Part shown: piece by piece, positions 18,367 to 27,924 of the stretch
Position numbering within the stretch: the stretch's first letter is position 1
Layout of the letters: each line of letters begins with the position of its first letter
Source: Mammaliicoccus sp. Dog046
GTDB lineage: Bacteria > Bacillota > Bacilli > Staphylococcales > Staphylococcaceae
Length of the DNA: 32,000 nt
Reading direction: 5' to 3'
NCBI RefSeq assembly: GCF_034039665.1
Contig: NZ_CP120131.1
Location: forward strand, 1,008,446-1,040,445
Position numbers and translations under genes: made by a program
The notes under the pieces: generated by a model
The model's input: the letters and a program-made list of their open reading frames with translations, nothing else
Database searches by the model: none
Told to the model about the DNA's origin: nothing

Positions 18367-18939
18367 ATGGAAAACAAATACAATAGAGATTTATATACAC
18401 ATGGTTTAGAAACATATGAAGCAGAATATGAGAAAAACACAAACGGCAGAGACTTCGTATTTGGTGTTGTCTTAGGTACAGTAGTAGGTGGATTAGTAGG
18501 ATTATTACTTGCACCTAAACCAGGTAAAGAATTACAAGGTGACTTAAGTGAAAAATCTAATAAAATTTTAGATGATGTGAAAACAAAAACTGATGAATTA
18601 AAAGTACAAGCACAATCTAAAGCAGAAGAAATTCGCACTCAAGCTGAAGATAAAAAAGTAGAAGTTAAAACAAAAGTAGAAGAGAAAAAACAACAAGCTT
18701 CTGCAAAAACTGAAGAAGTTAAAGCTAAAGCAGAAGAAAAGAAAACTGAAACAAAGAAAAAAGCTGAAGAAGTTAAATCTAAACAAGCTGAGAAAAAAGC
18801 TAACAAAGGTGTAGTAACAGCTGATGACGTTGATAACGAAGAATTAAAAGCACAAAAAGGTGCAATTAAATCTGAAGTTAAAGATGAAGACTTAAAAGGT
18901 CCAAAAACAGTAGTAGAAAAGAAATCATTTGATAAGTAA
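18367..18939 (+). CDS. YtxH-domain general stress protein (Lys/Glu-rich)
   Basis: Contains the YtxH signature GVVLGTVVGGLVGLLLAPKPGKELQ followed by a K/E-rich low-complexity helix region. AGGAGG RBS upstream. Confidence 0.75.
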   Translation: MENKYNRDLYTHGLETYEAEYEKNTNGRDFVFGVVLGTVVGGLVGLLLAPKPGKELQGDLSEKSNKILDDVKTKTDELKVQAQSKAEEIRTQAEDKKVEVKTKVEEKKQQASAKTEEVKAKAEEKKTETKKKAEEVKSKQAEKKANKGVVTADDVDNEELKAQKGAIKSEVKDEDLKGPKTVVEKKSFDK

Positions 18940-18950
18940 ATATTAATGTA

Positions 18951-19003
18951 CGAAGAGTCTGGAATTTAATTGAACAATTATGTTCCAGGCTCTTCGTTAT
19001 TTA
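18951..19003 (+). terminator. Intrinsic terminator after the YtxH gene
   Basis: CGAAGAGTCTGGAA (18951-18964) pairs with TTCCAGGCTCTTCG (18983-18996) with one G-U. An inner TAATTG/CAATTA extension is present. T-rich tail. Confidence 0.75.
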
Positions 19004-19096
19004 TATATAAATACATATTTGTTAATTACATTCACTTGAAAATAGCTTACAATTATTAAGAAGAGTAAGAAATTTTCGGAAAATAATATTTAAGGG

Positions 19097-19125
19097 TTGA
19101 ATCCATGCTTTTAAATTGTTATACT
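19097..19125 (+). promoter_or_regulatory. Sigma-A promoter of aroA
   Basis: TTGAAT (19097-19102), 17-nt spacer, TATACT (19120-19125). Confidence 0.5.
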
Positions 19126-19196
19126 AACACCTAATTACTTATATATTTTATCGCTTTAAAGTATGTGAGTTAAATTGTCTACATGAGGTGAATAGG

Positions 19197-20276
19197 ATGT
19201 CAAAAGAATTAGAAAGCTTAAGAGAAAGAATAGAAGTTATAAATGACGAAATATTGGCTTTATTGTCAGAACGTGGTCATTTAGCTAAAAAGATCGGTGA
19301 AGAAAAAAGAAAACAAGGTACTCAAGTATATGATCCACAACGTGAAAAAGAAATGTTGAATCATTTAATTGATAAAAATGAAGGACCTTATAACGATAAT
19401 ACAATTAAACAATTGTTTAAAGAAATATTCAAAGCTTCAACAGATTTACAAAAATCTGAGAACGAAAAACATTTATATGTATCACGTAAATTAAAACCAG
19501 AAGATACAATCGTACAATTCGATAACGGTGCAATTATTGGCGATGGTAATAAATCATTCGTATTTGGTCCATGTTCTGTTGAATCACAAGAACAAGTTGA
19601 TATTGTAGCTAAAGATTTAGCTGATAGAGGAGAGAAATTTATAAGAGGTGGCGCATTCAAACCACGTACATCTCCATATGATTTCCAAGGATTAGGTGAA
19701 GAAGGATTACAAATTCTTAAAAACTCTAAAGATAAATACGGTTTAAATGTTGTAAGTGAAATCGTTAATCCTGCTCATTTCGAAATGGCAGATCAATATT
19801 TAGATGTATTCCAAATCGGTGCAAGAAACATGCAAAACTTTGAATTATTAAAAGAAGCAGGTAAAACAAATAAACCTATTTTATTAAAACGTGGTTTATC
19901 AGCAACGATTGAAGAATTTATTTACGCTGCAGAATACATTCACTCACAAGGTAATAGTAATATTATTTTATGTGAACGTGGTATTAGAACATACGAAAAA
20001 GCAACAAGAAATACATTAGATATTTCAGCTGTTCCAATCTTAAAACAAGGTACACATTTACCAGTAATGGTTGATGTTACGCATAGTACTGGTCGTAAAG
20101 ACATTATGTTACCATGTGCTAAAGCAGCACTTGCAGTTGGTGCAGATGGCGTAATGGCAGAAGTACACCCTGATCCATCAGTAGCATTAAGTGATGCAGG
20201 ACAACAAATGGATTTAAATGAATTTGACGCTTTCTACAAAGAAATCACTCAATCTGCTAAATTATACAATAAATAA
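19197..20276 (+). CDS. aroA: Bifunctional chorismate mutase / 3-deoxy-7-phosphoheptulonate (DAHP) synthase, AroA(G) type
   Basis: The N-terminal chorismate mutase helix ([30 protein letters not shown]) is fused to a KDSA-like DAHP synthase core ([28 protein letters not shown]). The start is ATG 19197 after TGAGGTG. Confidence 0.9.
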   Translation: MSKELESLRERIEVINDEILALLSERGHLAKKIGEEKRKQGTQVYDPQREKEMLNHLIDKNEGPYNDNTIKQLFKEIFKASTDLQKSENEKHLYVSRKLKPEDTIVQFDNGAIIGDGNKSFVFGPCSVESQEQVDIVAKDLADRGEKFIRGGAFKPRTSPYDFQGLGEEGLQILKNSKDKYGLNVVSEIVNPAHFEMADQYLDVFQIGARNMQNFELLKEAGKTNKPILLKRGLSATIEEFIYAAEYIHSQGNSNIILCERGIRTYEKATRNTLDISAVPILKQGTHLPVMVDVTHSTGRKDIMLPCAKAALAVGADGVMAEVHPDPSVALSDAGQQMDLNEFDAFYKEITQSAKLYNK

Positions 20277-20310
20277 ATTAGTATCCAGGTTTAAAAATTA
20301 ATAACCTCAT

Positions 20311-20372
20311 AACGGAAGTAAAATGAAACAATCTAAGACTATTTTAGATTTCCATTTTACTTCCGTTTTTTG
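20311..20372 (+). terminator. Intrinsic terminator of aroA
   Basis: AACGGAAGTAAAATG (20311-20325) pairs with CATTTTACTTCCGTT (20353-20367). An inner ATCTAA/TTAGAT stem is present. The hairpin is followed by TTTTTT. Confidence 0.85.
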
Positions 20373-20440
20373 TTTATAAACGTGTTTTCAGAAAAAGAAT
20401 TTACATATTACAATTTTGTGTAATTATTCGTGCAATTATG

Positions 20441-20469
20441 TCGACAAGTAAGATTTAATATTTTATAAT
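20441..20469 (+). promoter_or_regulatory. Upstream sigma-A promoter candidate for ccpA (P1)
   Basis: TCGACA (20441-20446), 17-nt spacer, TATAAT (20464-20469). Confidence 0.45.
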
Positions 20470-20498
20470 TGGTAATTGTGAGTTCGCTTCCATATACT

Positions 20499-20527
20499 TT
20501 GAAAACATTATGAAAACGTGATATTAT
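20499..20527 (+). promoter_or_regulatory. Proximal sigma-A promoter of ccpA (P2) with extended -10
   Basis: TTGAAA (20499-20504), 17-nt spacer ending in TGa, TATTAT (20522-20527). Confidence 0.6.
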
Positions 20528-20531
20528 ATAC

Positions 20532-20546
20532 TAGAAAACGTTTTCA
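20532..20546 (+). promoter_or_regulatory. cre (CcpA operator) candidate overlapping the ccpA transcription start region
   Basis: TAGAAAACGTTTTCA matches WTGNAANCGNWNNCW with one mismatch (T2 is A). The core palindrome is GAAAACGTTTTC. Confidence 0.6.
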
Positions 20547-20561
20547 ACGAAGGAGGATATT

Positions 20562-21551
20562 ATGACTGTAACTATATATGATGTTGCAAGAGAGGCTAAA
20601 GTATCTATGGCAACTGTGTCACGTGTTGTTAACGGTAATCAGAACGTAAAACCGTCAACTCGTGATAAAGTAAATGAAGTAATTAAGAGATTGAATTATA
20701 GACCTAATGCGGTCGCAAGAGGATTAGCAAGTAAGAAGACGACAACTGTCGGAGTAATTATTCCGGATATATCAAATGTTTATTATTCTGAATTGGCACG
20801 TGGTTTAGAAGACATTGCGACAATGTACAAATACCATACAATTATTTCTAATTCTGATAACGATAGTGAAAAAGAACAAGAAATTTTTAATAATTTATTA
20901 AGTAAACAAGTTGATGGTATCATTTTCTTAGGTGGTACTTTGACTGATGAAACAGTTGAATTAATTGATAAATCATCTGTACCGGTTGTTGTTTCAGGTA
21001 CAAATGACAAAGATTCAAAATTAGCATCAGTAAACATTAATTATACAGAAGCAAGTAAAGAAATTGCTGAAAACTTAATTAAAAAAGGTGCTAAGAAATT
21101 TGCATTTGTCGGTGGTGGCTATTCAGAGAAAGCACAAGACGATGCAATTAAAGGATTAGAAATTGCGCTAAATGAAGCAAATCTTTCTATAGATGATAAT
21201 GCTAAATTTGTTGGAAACGAAACGTATAAAGATGGTAGTCGTGCATACGATGCAATTTCTAAATCACAACCGGACGCTATTTTATGTATTAGTGATGAAC
21301 AAGCGATTGGTATTGTACACGCAGCACAAGATGTAGGCATTAAAATTCCAGAAGAGTTACAAGTCGTAAGTTTTAATAATACAAGATTAGTTCATATGGT
21401 TAGACCACAATTATCAAGTGTAACGCAACCACTTTATGATATTGGGGCAGTTGGTATGAGATTACTAACGAAATATATGAATGATGAACAAATAGATGAA
21501 CCAAATGTTATCCTCCCATATCGTTTAGAATATAGAGGAACAACGAAATAA
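20562..21551 (+). CDS. ccpA: Catabolite control protein A (LacI/GalR family)
   Basis: HTH block [22 protein letters not shown] and conserved aroA-ccpA-acu synteny. AAGGAGG RBS upstream. Length of 329 aa fits. Confidence 0.95.
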   Translation: MTVTIYDVAREAKVSMATVSRVVNGNQNVKPSTRDKVNEVIKRLNYRPNAVARGLASKKTTTVGVIIPDISNVYYSELARGLEDIATMYKYHTIISNSDNDSEKEQEIFNNLLSKQVDGIIFLGGTLTDETVELIDKSSVPVVVSGTNDKDSKLASVNINYTEASKEIAENLIKKGAKKFAFVGGGYSEKAQDDAIKGLEIALNEANLSIDDNAKFVGNETYKDGSRAYDAISKSQPDAILCISDEQAIGIVHAAQDVGIKIPEELQVVSFNNTRLVHMVRPQLSSVTQPLYDIGAVGMRLLTKYMNDEQIDEPNVILPYRLEYRGTTK

Positions 21552-21589
21552 TAAGAGGCTGGGACATAATTAATGTCTCAGCCTCTTAT
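21551..21589. terminator. Bidirectional terminator between convergent ccpA and acuC
   Basis: ATAAGAGGCTGGGACAT (21551-21567), loop aatta, ATGTCTCAGCCTCTTAT (21573-21589). A/T runs on both sides. Confidence 0.85.
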
Positions 21590-21600
21590 TATTATTGAAT

Positions 21601-22746
21601 TTATTTAAACCATTCTAGAATTCGATGTTTCGTGTTGTTATTTTTTTCGGATATTTCTTTTTGACGAGGTATTTCCATATAATCATCTAATTCGTCAGTC
21701 CATGTTTCTGGTAATGGAACTGGAGCTTGTGATTGGTATTTTTCAATCCAACTCTTTGGTATTGGTGAGTGGGGTGTTTGTAAATCATTTAAAGCAAACC
21801 AAACGTGTGACCAAGCACGTGGTACGACACGCCATATATTATAACCGCCACCGCCAATCATGATGACTTTGCCATCACAATACTTATCTGCAAGATCTTT
21901 AACGATATAAGGAATTTTATAAAGAGTATCTAAAGTGCAACTTAAGTGTGTCAGTGGATCTAAGTAATGAATATCTACGCCATTGACACTTAATATGACA
22001 TCAGGTTTATAAGATTCACAAACAGCTTCGACAGTTTCTTGGAAGACATCTAAATAGGATTCATCTTCTGTATAAGCATCTAACGGTACATTTACAGTAG
22101 TACCAAATCCTTTACCATCACCACGTTCTGTTAATGCACCTGTACCTGGAAATAAATATCTACCAGTTTCATGAATAGAGTAATTCATGACATCTTCATT
22201 TGTATAAAATGACCATTGTACGCCATCACCGTGATGTGCATCCGTATCAATATATAATACTCTTTGTTTATATTTAGATTGGATATATTGAATGGCTACG
22301 GCACTATCATTATAAATGCAAAATCCACTTGCTTTACCTTTAAATCCGTGATGTAGGCCTCCACCAAGATGGCAAGCACACGTTACTTCTCCAGACATTA
22401 CGGCATCTACAGCTGTAAGTGTGCCACCAACAACAAGTGCACTATTTTCATGCATATTAACAAATTGAGGTGTATCTTCACTCGCTAAGCCATATTTTTC
22501 ATATTCTGATTCGGGCAACGTACCTTGTCCAGCTTTTTTAATCGCTTCTATATAATTTGGCTCATGAACGAGCATCAGTTCTTCATCAGTAGCTACTCTT
22601 GGCTTTAAAATATGTTGGGTTGTTAATACACCTAAGTCCATTAATAAATCCGTTGTTAATTTTAAACGCATTTGATTAAAAGGGTGACTATCAGAAAATC
22701 GGTATCTCAATAAATCCTCTGAATAAATATATTTAACATTAGTCAT
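21601..22746 (-). CDS. acuC: Acetoin utilization protein AcuC (class I HDAC-like deacetylase)
   Basis: HDAC-fold motifs GGLHHG, DTDAHHGDGVQ and GGGGY. It is the last gene of the acuABC operon. 8-nt overlap with acuB. Confidence 0.9.
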   Translation of the reverse strand: MTNVKYIYSEDLLRYRFSDSHPFNQMRLKLTTDLLMDLGVLTTQHILKPRVATDEELMLVHEPNYIEAIKKAGQGTLPESEYEKYGLASEDTPQFVNMHENSALVVGGTLTAVDAVMSGEVTCACHLGGGLHHGFKGKASGFCIYNDSAVAIQYIQSKYKQRVLYIDTDAHHGDGVQWSFYTNEDVMNYSIHETGRYLFPGTGALTERGDGKGFGTTVNVPLDAYTEDESYLDVFQETVEAVCESYKPDVILSVNGVDIHYLDPLTHLSCTLDTLYKIPYIVKDLADKYCDGKVIMIGGGGYNIWRVVPRAWSHVWFALNDLQTPHSPIPKSWIEKYQSQAPVPLPETWTDELDDYMEIPRQKEISEKNNNTKHRILEWFK

Positions 22747-23383
22747 GTTTCATACCAAAAGGGTGAATGACGTGATATTCTTTTTCTTCTAATAATTGAT
22801 ATATCTTTTCAGGATTCATTGATTTAATACGTAACATGAGATACCGTTTATTAATATTTTCTTGATCGGTATATGCGAGGACATTTAATATATCGATATT
22901 TTGTTCTTTAAAAATACCTGTAATATCATGAAGCGCACCAACTTTGTCATCAATATGTACTTCAATAATTGATCCTGGCATCGTTACACCCGTTAATTCT
23001 AGAAAAGTATTTAGCATGTCTTTTTGAGTGACAATGCCGATGACTTTATTGTCTCTAATTACAGGTATGGAACCGATAGACATTTCATAGAAGTCGATTG
23101 CAATATCTTCAACAAAATCAAGCGGATGACATCTAATTACATTTCTTCTCATAATTTTAGAAATGGATAAAGATAAACTTTGGTTCGGATCATCATCTGA
23201 AAGTATACTTGGTAATGCCATTTTAATATCTCTATCTGAAATAATACCAAGTAGTTGATCGTGTTCATCAACGATAGGTAAGTGTCTAATTTCTTTTTGG
23301 GTCATAAGTACGAGTGCATCTTCAATCGATTTGTCACCTCTTATCGTTGTACAAGGTGATGTCATAATTTTTTCAACTAACAT
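22739..23383 (-). CDS. acuB: Acetoin utilization protein AcuB (tandem CBS domains plus ACT-like C-terminus)
   Basis: 214 aa with two CBS-type segments (HLPIVDEHDQLLGIISDRDI and IPVIRDNKVIGIVTQKDM). Positioned between acuA and acuC. AGGAGG RBS upstream. Confidence 0.85.
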   Translation of the reverse strand: MLVEKIMTSPCTTIRGDKSIEDALVLMTQKEIRHLPIVDEHDQLLGIISDRDIKMALPSILSDDDPNQSLSLSISKIMRRNVIRCHPLDFVEDIAIDFYEMSIGSIPVIRDNKVIGIVTQKDMLNTFLELTGVTMPGSIIEVHIDDKVGALHDITGIFKEQNIDILNVLAYTDQENINKRYLMLRIKSMNPEKIYQLLEEKEYHVIHPFGMKHD

Positions 23384-23393
23384 ATTTAACCTC

Positions 23394-24032
23394 CTAAAAG
23401 AAAAATCGATTCATAAATCTTAATTGATCAAAAGCTTCCATTTGTTCTTGTGTAATATTTTTACCAATTCTGGCCATTAAACTGTTTGCTGGATGACTGA
23501 TGATTTCTGGATCATCTGTAGCAAATACTTCAAGTCCACCTTTGGCCATCATTTTATGCATGATTTTTTGATATTCATATACATCGAGACCGCTATTTTT
23601 CAAATCCCAATGCCAATAGTATTCGGTTGTAATGACGATGAAATCTTCCATTTCAGGTGCTTGCATCGCAAGTTTTAACATCTTGTTTCCTAAACCATAT
23701 TTACGGTAATTTAATGAAAGTTCTATGGCGCCTAACTCTAGAATGTACGGTAAGTTACCATCTGACCAACGTTCAAGTGGGTCAGGGTACAAATATGTTG
23801 TATATCCAATGATATGATTATCAATACGAGCAACAATAATTCTTCCTTCAGGTAACTCAGCGATTTCTATGATTGCCTCGAATTGTTCTTCAGGGACTCG
23901 GAAACTATTCAGTCCTTCATCAAAAGTCATTTGCCTCAAAGTGTGAGCATCAACTGGGCCTTCAATTGTGATTGTTACATCATTTGAATATGTAATCTCC
24001 TCAGTGATAAATGTCTTTTTGTAATTCAACAT
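23394..24032 (-). CDS. acuA: Acetoin utilization protein AcuA (GNAT acetyltransferase acting on AcsA)
   Basis: GNAT core (LSLNYRKYGLGNKMLK). Divergent from acsA as in Bacillus. GAGGAGG precedes ATG 24032 (MLNYKK). The ORF track start at 24092 is an upstream extension. Confidence 0.85.
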   Translation of the reverse strand: MLNYKKTFITEEITYSNDVTITIEGPVDAHTLRQMTFDEGLNSFRVPEEQFEAIIEIAELPEGRIIVARIDNHIIGYTTYLYPDPLERWSDGNLPYILELGAIELSLNYRKYGLGNKMLKLAMQAPEMEDFIVITTEYYWHWDLKNSGLDVYEYQKIMHKMMAKGGLEVFATDDPEIISHPANSLMARIGKNITQEQMEAFDQLRFMNRFFF

Positions 24033-24098
24033 TGTACCTCCTCTCATAAAGTATGCTATCCTTAAATTGCAAAGTTTATTTTGAATAATCAAATTTTT

Positions 24099-24128
24099 TT
24101 GAAAAGTATCGTATACTTATATTATAAT
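24099..24128 (+). promoter_or_regulatory. Sigma-A promoter of acsA
   Basis: TTGAAA (24099-24104), 18-nt spacer, TATAAT (24123-24128). Confidence 0.5.
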
Positions 24129-24143
24129 GGAATTAGGCTTTAT

Positions 24144-24158
24144 AGGAAAACGATTACA
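24144..24158 (+). promoter_or_regulatory. cre candidate in the acsA leader
   Basis: AGGAAAACGATTACA matches WTGNAANCGNWNNCW with one mismatch (T2 is G). It lies about 10-25 nt downstream of the predicted start site. Confidence 0.55.
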
Positions 24159-24180
24159 TTATTTAAAAGGGGAGATTTAA

Positions 24181-25893
24181 ATGAAAGTCGAATTATACGA
24201 AGCGCTAAACGAAAACTATAACCTTCCAAACTATGAGGACGCAGTAAAAGATCATAGTTGGGAAGACATTGAAAAAGCATTCAGTTGGAGTGAAACTGGC
24301 AAGATTAATATGGCCTATGAATGTATAGATCGACATGTTGACGATGGTAAAGGGGACAAGACCGCATTACATTATAAAGATGCAAATCGACAAGATAGTT
24401 ATACGTTTAAAGATTTACAGCTCGCAAGTAATAAAGCCGCAAATGTTTTAAAGAATGATGCGAAAGTAGAAAAGGGCGATAGAGTATTTATATTTATGCC
24501 AAGAACGCCAGAATTGTACTTTGCATTATTGGGCACATTGAAAATCGGTGCAATCGTTGGACCATTATTTGAAGCCTTTATGGAAAAAGCAGTGAAAGAT
24601 AGACTAGAAAACAGTGAAGCGAAAGTCATCATCACAACGAATGATTTAGTTGGAAGAATACCTAAAGATGAACTGCCAAATTTAGAACATATCGTTATCG
24701 TTGATGATGAAGTAAGCGAAGAATATATAGATTTTAATAAACAATATGAAAGTGCGAGTGAGCAATTTGATATTGAATGGTTAGATAAAGAAGATGGTTT
24801 AATCTTACATTACACTTCAGGATCTACTGGTCAACCTAAAGGTGTACTACATGTTCAAGAAGCTATGCTTGTACATTATATTTCAGGTAAGTATGTATTA
24901 GACTTTAAAGAAGATGACGTTTATTGGTGTACTGCCGATCCAGGTTGGGTAACGGGGACATCATACGGTATATTTAGCCCATGGTTAAATGGTGTAACAA
25001 ATTGTATCGCAGGTGGACGTTTTTCTCCTGAAGGATGGTATGACTTTATTCAAACTTATAATGTTACAGTTTGGTATACAGCGCCAACAGCACTTAGAAT
25101 GTTAATGGGTGCTGGTGATGATATCGTTGAAAAATATGATTTATCATCATTAAGACATGTATTATCTGTTGGTGAGCCATTGAATCCAGAAGTAATTAAA
25201 TGGGCACATCAAGTATTTGAACATCGTGTACATGACACATGGTGGATGACTGAAACTGGTGGACATATGATTGTTAATTATCCTTCAATGGATATTAGAG
25301 CTGGATCTATGGGTAAACCATTACCAGGGATTGAAGCAGCAATTGTGGATGATCAAGGTAATGAACTCCCAGCAAATAGAATGGGTAATTTAGCATTGAA
25401 AAAAGGATGGCCATCAATGATGAGAACCATTTGGAATAATCAACCTAAATTTGATTCATATTTCATCAATGATGAATGGTATGTTTCAGGTGATTCAGCT
25501 TATAAAGATGAAGATGGTTACTATTGGTTCCAAGGTAGAGTTGATGATGTAATCATGACTGCCGGTGAACGTGTAGGACCATTTGAAGTGGAATCTAAAT
25601 TAGTTGAGCATCCTGCTGTTGCAGAAGCGGGTGTTATTGGTAAGCCTGACCCTGTAAGAGGAGAAATTATTAAAGCATTTATCGCAGTAAGATCTGGATA
25701 TGAACCATCAGATGAATTAAAAGAAGAAATTCGTAAATTCGTTAAAGAGGGATTAGCGGCACATGCAGCACCTCGTGAAATTGAGTTCAAAGATAAATTA
25801 CCTAAAACACGTTCAGGTAAAATTATGAGACGTGTCTTAAAAGCTTGGGAATTAGATTTACCAGCTGGAGATTTATCTACTTTAGAAGACTAA
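24181..25893 (+). CDS. acsA: Acetyl-CoA synthetase (acetate--CoA ligase), AMP-forming
   Basis: AMP-binding motif YTSGSTGQPKG, the WWMTETGG block and the C-terminal PKTRSGKIMRR catalytic/acetylated lysine motif. Divergent from acuABC. Confidence 0.9.
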   Translation: MKVELYEALNENYNLPNYEDAVKDHSWEDIEKAFSWSETGKINMAYECIDRHVDDGKGDKTALHYKDANRQDSYTFKDLQLASNKAANVLKNDAKVEKGDRVFIFMPRTPELYFALLGTLKIGAIVGPLFEAFMEKAVKDRLENSEAKVIITTNDLVGRIPKDELPNLEHIVIVDDEVSEEYIDFNKQYESASEQFDIEWLDKEDGLILHYTSGSTGQPKGVLHVQEAMLVHYISGKYVLDFKEDDVYWCTADPGWVTGTSYGIFSPWLNGVTNCIAGGRFSPEGWYDFIQTYNVTVWYTAPTALRMLMGAGDDIVEKYDLSSLRHVLSVGEPLNPEVIKWAHQVFEHRVHDTWWMTETGGHMIVNYPSMDIRAGSMGKPLPGIEAAIVDDQGNELPANRMGNLALKKGWPSMMRTIWNNQPKFDSYFINDEWYVSGDSAYKDEDGYYWFQGRVDDVIMTAGERVGPFEVESKLVEHPAVAEAGVIGKPDPVRGEIIKAFIAVRSGYEPSDELKEEIRKFVKEGLAAHAAPREIEFKDKLPKTRSGKIMRRVLKAWELDLPAGDLSTLED

Positions 25894-25931
25894 AAATGAT
25901 TAAACAAAACATATGATAATGTTAAAGGAGG

Positions 25932-25972
25932 AGGCTGAAATCTTATATTAAATGAGATTTTAGCCTTTTTTT
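25932..25972 (+). terminator. Intrinsic terminator of acsA
   Basis: AGGCTGAAATCT (25932-25943) pairs with AGATTTTAGCCT (25955-25966) with one G-U, followed by TTTTTTT. Confidence 0.85.
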
Positions 25973-26117
25973 ACATCTTTTATGAAAGCGGTTAAATTAT
26001 TTGCTGATATTTACATATAATGTATCGACAATTCTCATAGAGTTGTATATTCTAAAGTTGTTGGGTTATGTAATAGTGACACATCATTTGTGATATAAAT
26101 TTAAGGAGTGAACAATA

Positions 26118-27785
26118 TTGAGTCATTTATCAGATTTAGAAATTGCAAAACAAAGTACTTTAAAACCTATAGGAGAAATCGCGGAAAAGGTAGGTATACC
26201 TCATGATGCACTAGAACCTTATGGGCATTATAAAGGAAAAGTTGATATTACAAAATTACAAAATGTAAAAGAAAAAGGAAAAGTTGTTTTAGTGACTGCA
26301 TTAAGTCCAACACCAGCTGGAGAAGGTAAATCCACAGTTACAGTTGGATTAGCAGATGCGTTTAACCAATTAAAACAGAATGTTATGGTTGCTTTGCGAG
26401 AACCATCTCTTGGTCCTGTTTTTGGTATGAAAGGTGGCGCAACAGGTGGTGGTTATGCTCAAGTATTGCCAATGGAAGAAATTAATTTACATTTTAATGG
26501 TGATTTACATGCGATAACAACAGCAAACAATGCACTTTCAGCTTTTATTGATAACCATATTTATCAAGGAAATGAATTGAATATAGATTCACGTCGTGTT
26601 ACATGGAAACGTGTATTGGATATGAATGATAGAGAACTTAGACAAGTCGTTGTAGGACTAGGTGGACCAATGAGAGGTGTTCCTAGAGAAGACGGATTTG
26701 ATATTACAGTTGCGTCAGAAATCATGGCTGTATTTTGCTTATCAAATGACATTAAAGATTTAAAGGAAAATTTAGCGAACATTACGGTTGGTTATACTGT
26801 AGATAAAAAACCAGTTACAGTAAGAGACTTAAAAGTAGAGGGTGCGTTAACACTCATACTTAAAGATGCAATTAAGCCAAATATCGTTCAAACAATTGAA
26901 GGAACACCAGCTTTAGTTCACGGTGGACCATTTGCGAATATTGCACACGGATGCAATTCAATTATAGCTACGAATACTGCTAGAAAATTAGCTGATATTG
27001 TCGTTACTGAAAGTGGATTTGGTTCAGATTTAGGTGCTGAGAAATTTTTAAATATTAAAACGAGAAAAGCAGGGTTTGATCCAAGTGCTGTAGTTATCGT
27101 TGTGACAATAAGAGCCTTGAAAATGCACGGTGGCGTGGACAAGCAATCGTTACAACAAGAGAATGTTCAAGCAGTGGAGAAAGGTATCGTCAATTTAGAA
27201 AGACACGTACATAACATTAAACAATTTGGTGTAGAACCAGTCGTTGCAATCAATGCATTTATACATGATACAGATGCAGAAGTACAATTTGTGTTAGATT
27301 GGTGTAAGAAAAATGGTGTTAGAGTCGCGTTAACAGAAGTTTGGGAGAAAGGCGGCAAAGGTGGTGTGGCACTAGCTGAAGAAGTATTAAAAGTACTAGA
27401 TGAACCACAACAATTCGAACATCTTTATGATTTAGAACTGCCTATAGAAGATAAAATCAAAACAATTGTACAAAAGGTATATGGTGGGAAATCAGTAACA
27501 TTTAGTGATGCTGCTACGAAACAACTTAAAACAATAAAAGAAAATGGTTGGGATAAGTATCCAGTATGTATGGCTAAAACACAATATTCATTTACAGATG
27601 ATCCTAAGCAATTAGGCGCACCACAAGACTTTGATATTACGATTAGAGAATTATCACCTAGAACAGGTGCTGGATTTATCGTCGCATTAACAGGAGACAT
27701 TATGACTATGCCAGGTTTACCTAAGAAACCGGCAGCATTAAATATGGATGTTAAAGAAGACGGGTCAGTTGAAGGATTGTTCTAG
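26118..27785 (+). CDS. fhs: Formate--tetrahydrofolate ligase
   Basis: 555 aa with [11 protein letters not shown] and the conserved [12 protein letters not shown] block. TTG start 9 nt after AAGGAG. Confidence 0.95.
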   Translation: MSHLSDLEIAKQSTLKPIGEIAEKVGIPHDALEPYGHYKGKVDITKLQNVKEKGKVVLVTALSPTPAGEGKSTVTVGLADAFNQLKQNVMVALREPSLGPVFGMKGGATGGGYAQVLPMEEINLHFNGDLHAITTANNALSAFIDNHIYQGNELNIDSRRVTWKRVLDMNDRELRQVVVGLGGPMRGVPREDGFDITVASEIMAVFCLSNDIKDLKENLANITVGYTVDKKPVTVRDLKVEGALTLILKDAIKPNIVQTIEGTPALVHGGPFANIAHGCNSIIATNTARKLADIVVTESGFGSDLGAEKFLNIKTRKAGFDPSAVVIVVTIRALKMHGGVDKQSLQQENVQAVEKGIVNLERHVHNIKQFGVEPVVAINAFIHDTDAEVQFVLDWCKKNGVRVALTEVWEKGGKGGVALAEEVLKVLDEPQQFEHLYDLELPIEDKIKTIVQKVYGGKSVTFSDAATKQLKTIKENGWDKYPVCMAKTQYSFTDDPKQLGAPQDFDITIRELSPRTGAGFIVALTGDIMTMPGLPKKPAALNMDVKEDGSVEGLF

Positions 27786-27809
27786 AATAAAATATAAATA
27801 CAGTTTCAG

Positions 27810-27847
27810 ATTGCCGATAAAGTTATATACTTTGTTGGCAATTTTTA
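27810..27847 (+). terminator. Intrinsic terminator of fhs
   Basis: ATTGCCGATAAAG (27810-27822), loop ttatata, CTTTGTTGGCAAT (27830-27842) with two G-U pairs, then TTTTTAT. Confidence 0.7.
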
Positions 27848-27924
27848 TGTGCATACATTTTGCGCAGGAGTTAGTGGGAAAATGCTTGAGATATATGGCT
27901 AACGAGATAGTTCTAGGAAACAAT

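Noticed and set aside
25925-25972. Strong RBS-like AAAGGAGGAGG followed by an ATG at 25952.
   Set aside because: The ATG is 17 nt from the RBS-like sequence and lies in the loop of the acsA terminator hairpin. The purine run is the 5' shoulder of that terminator.
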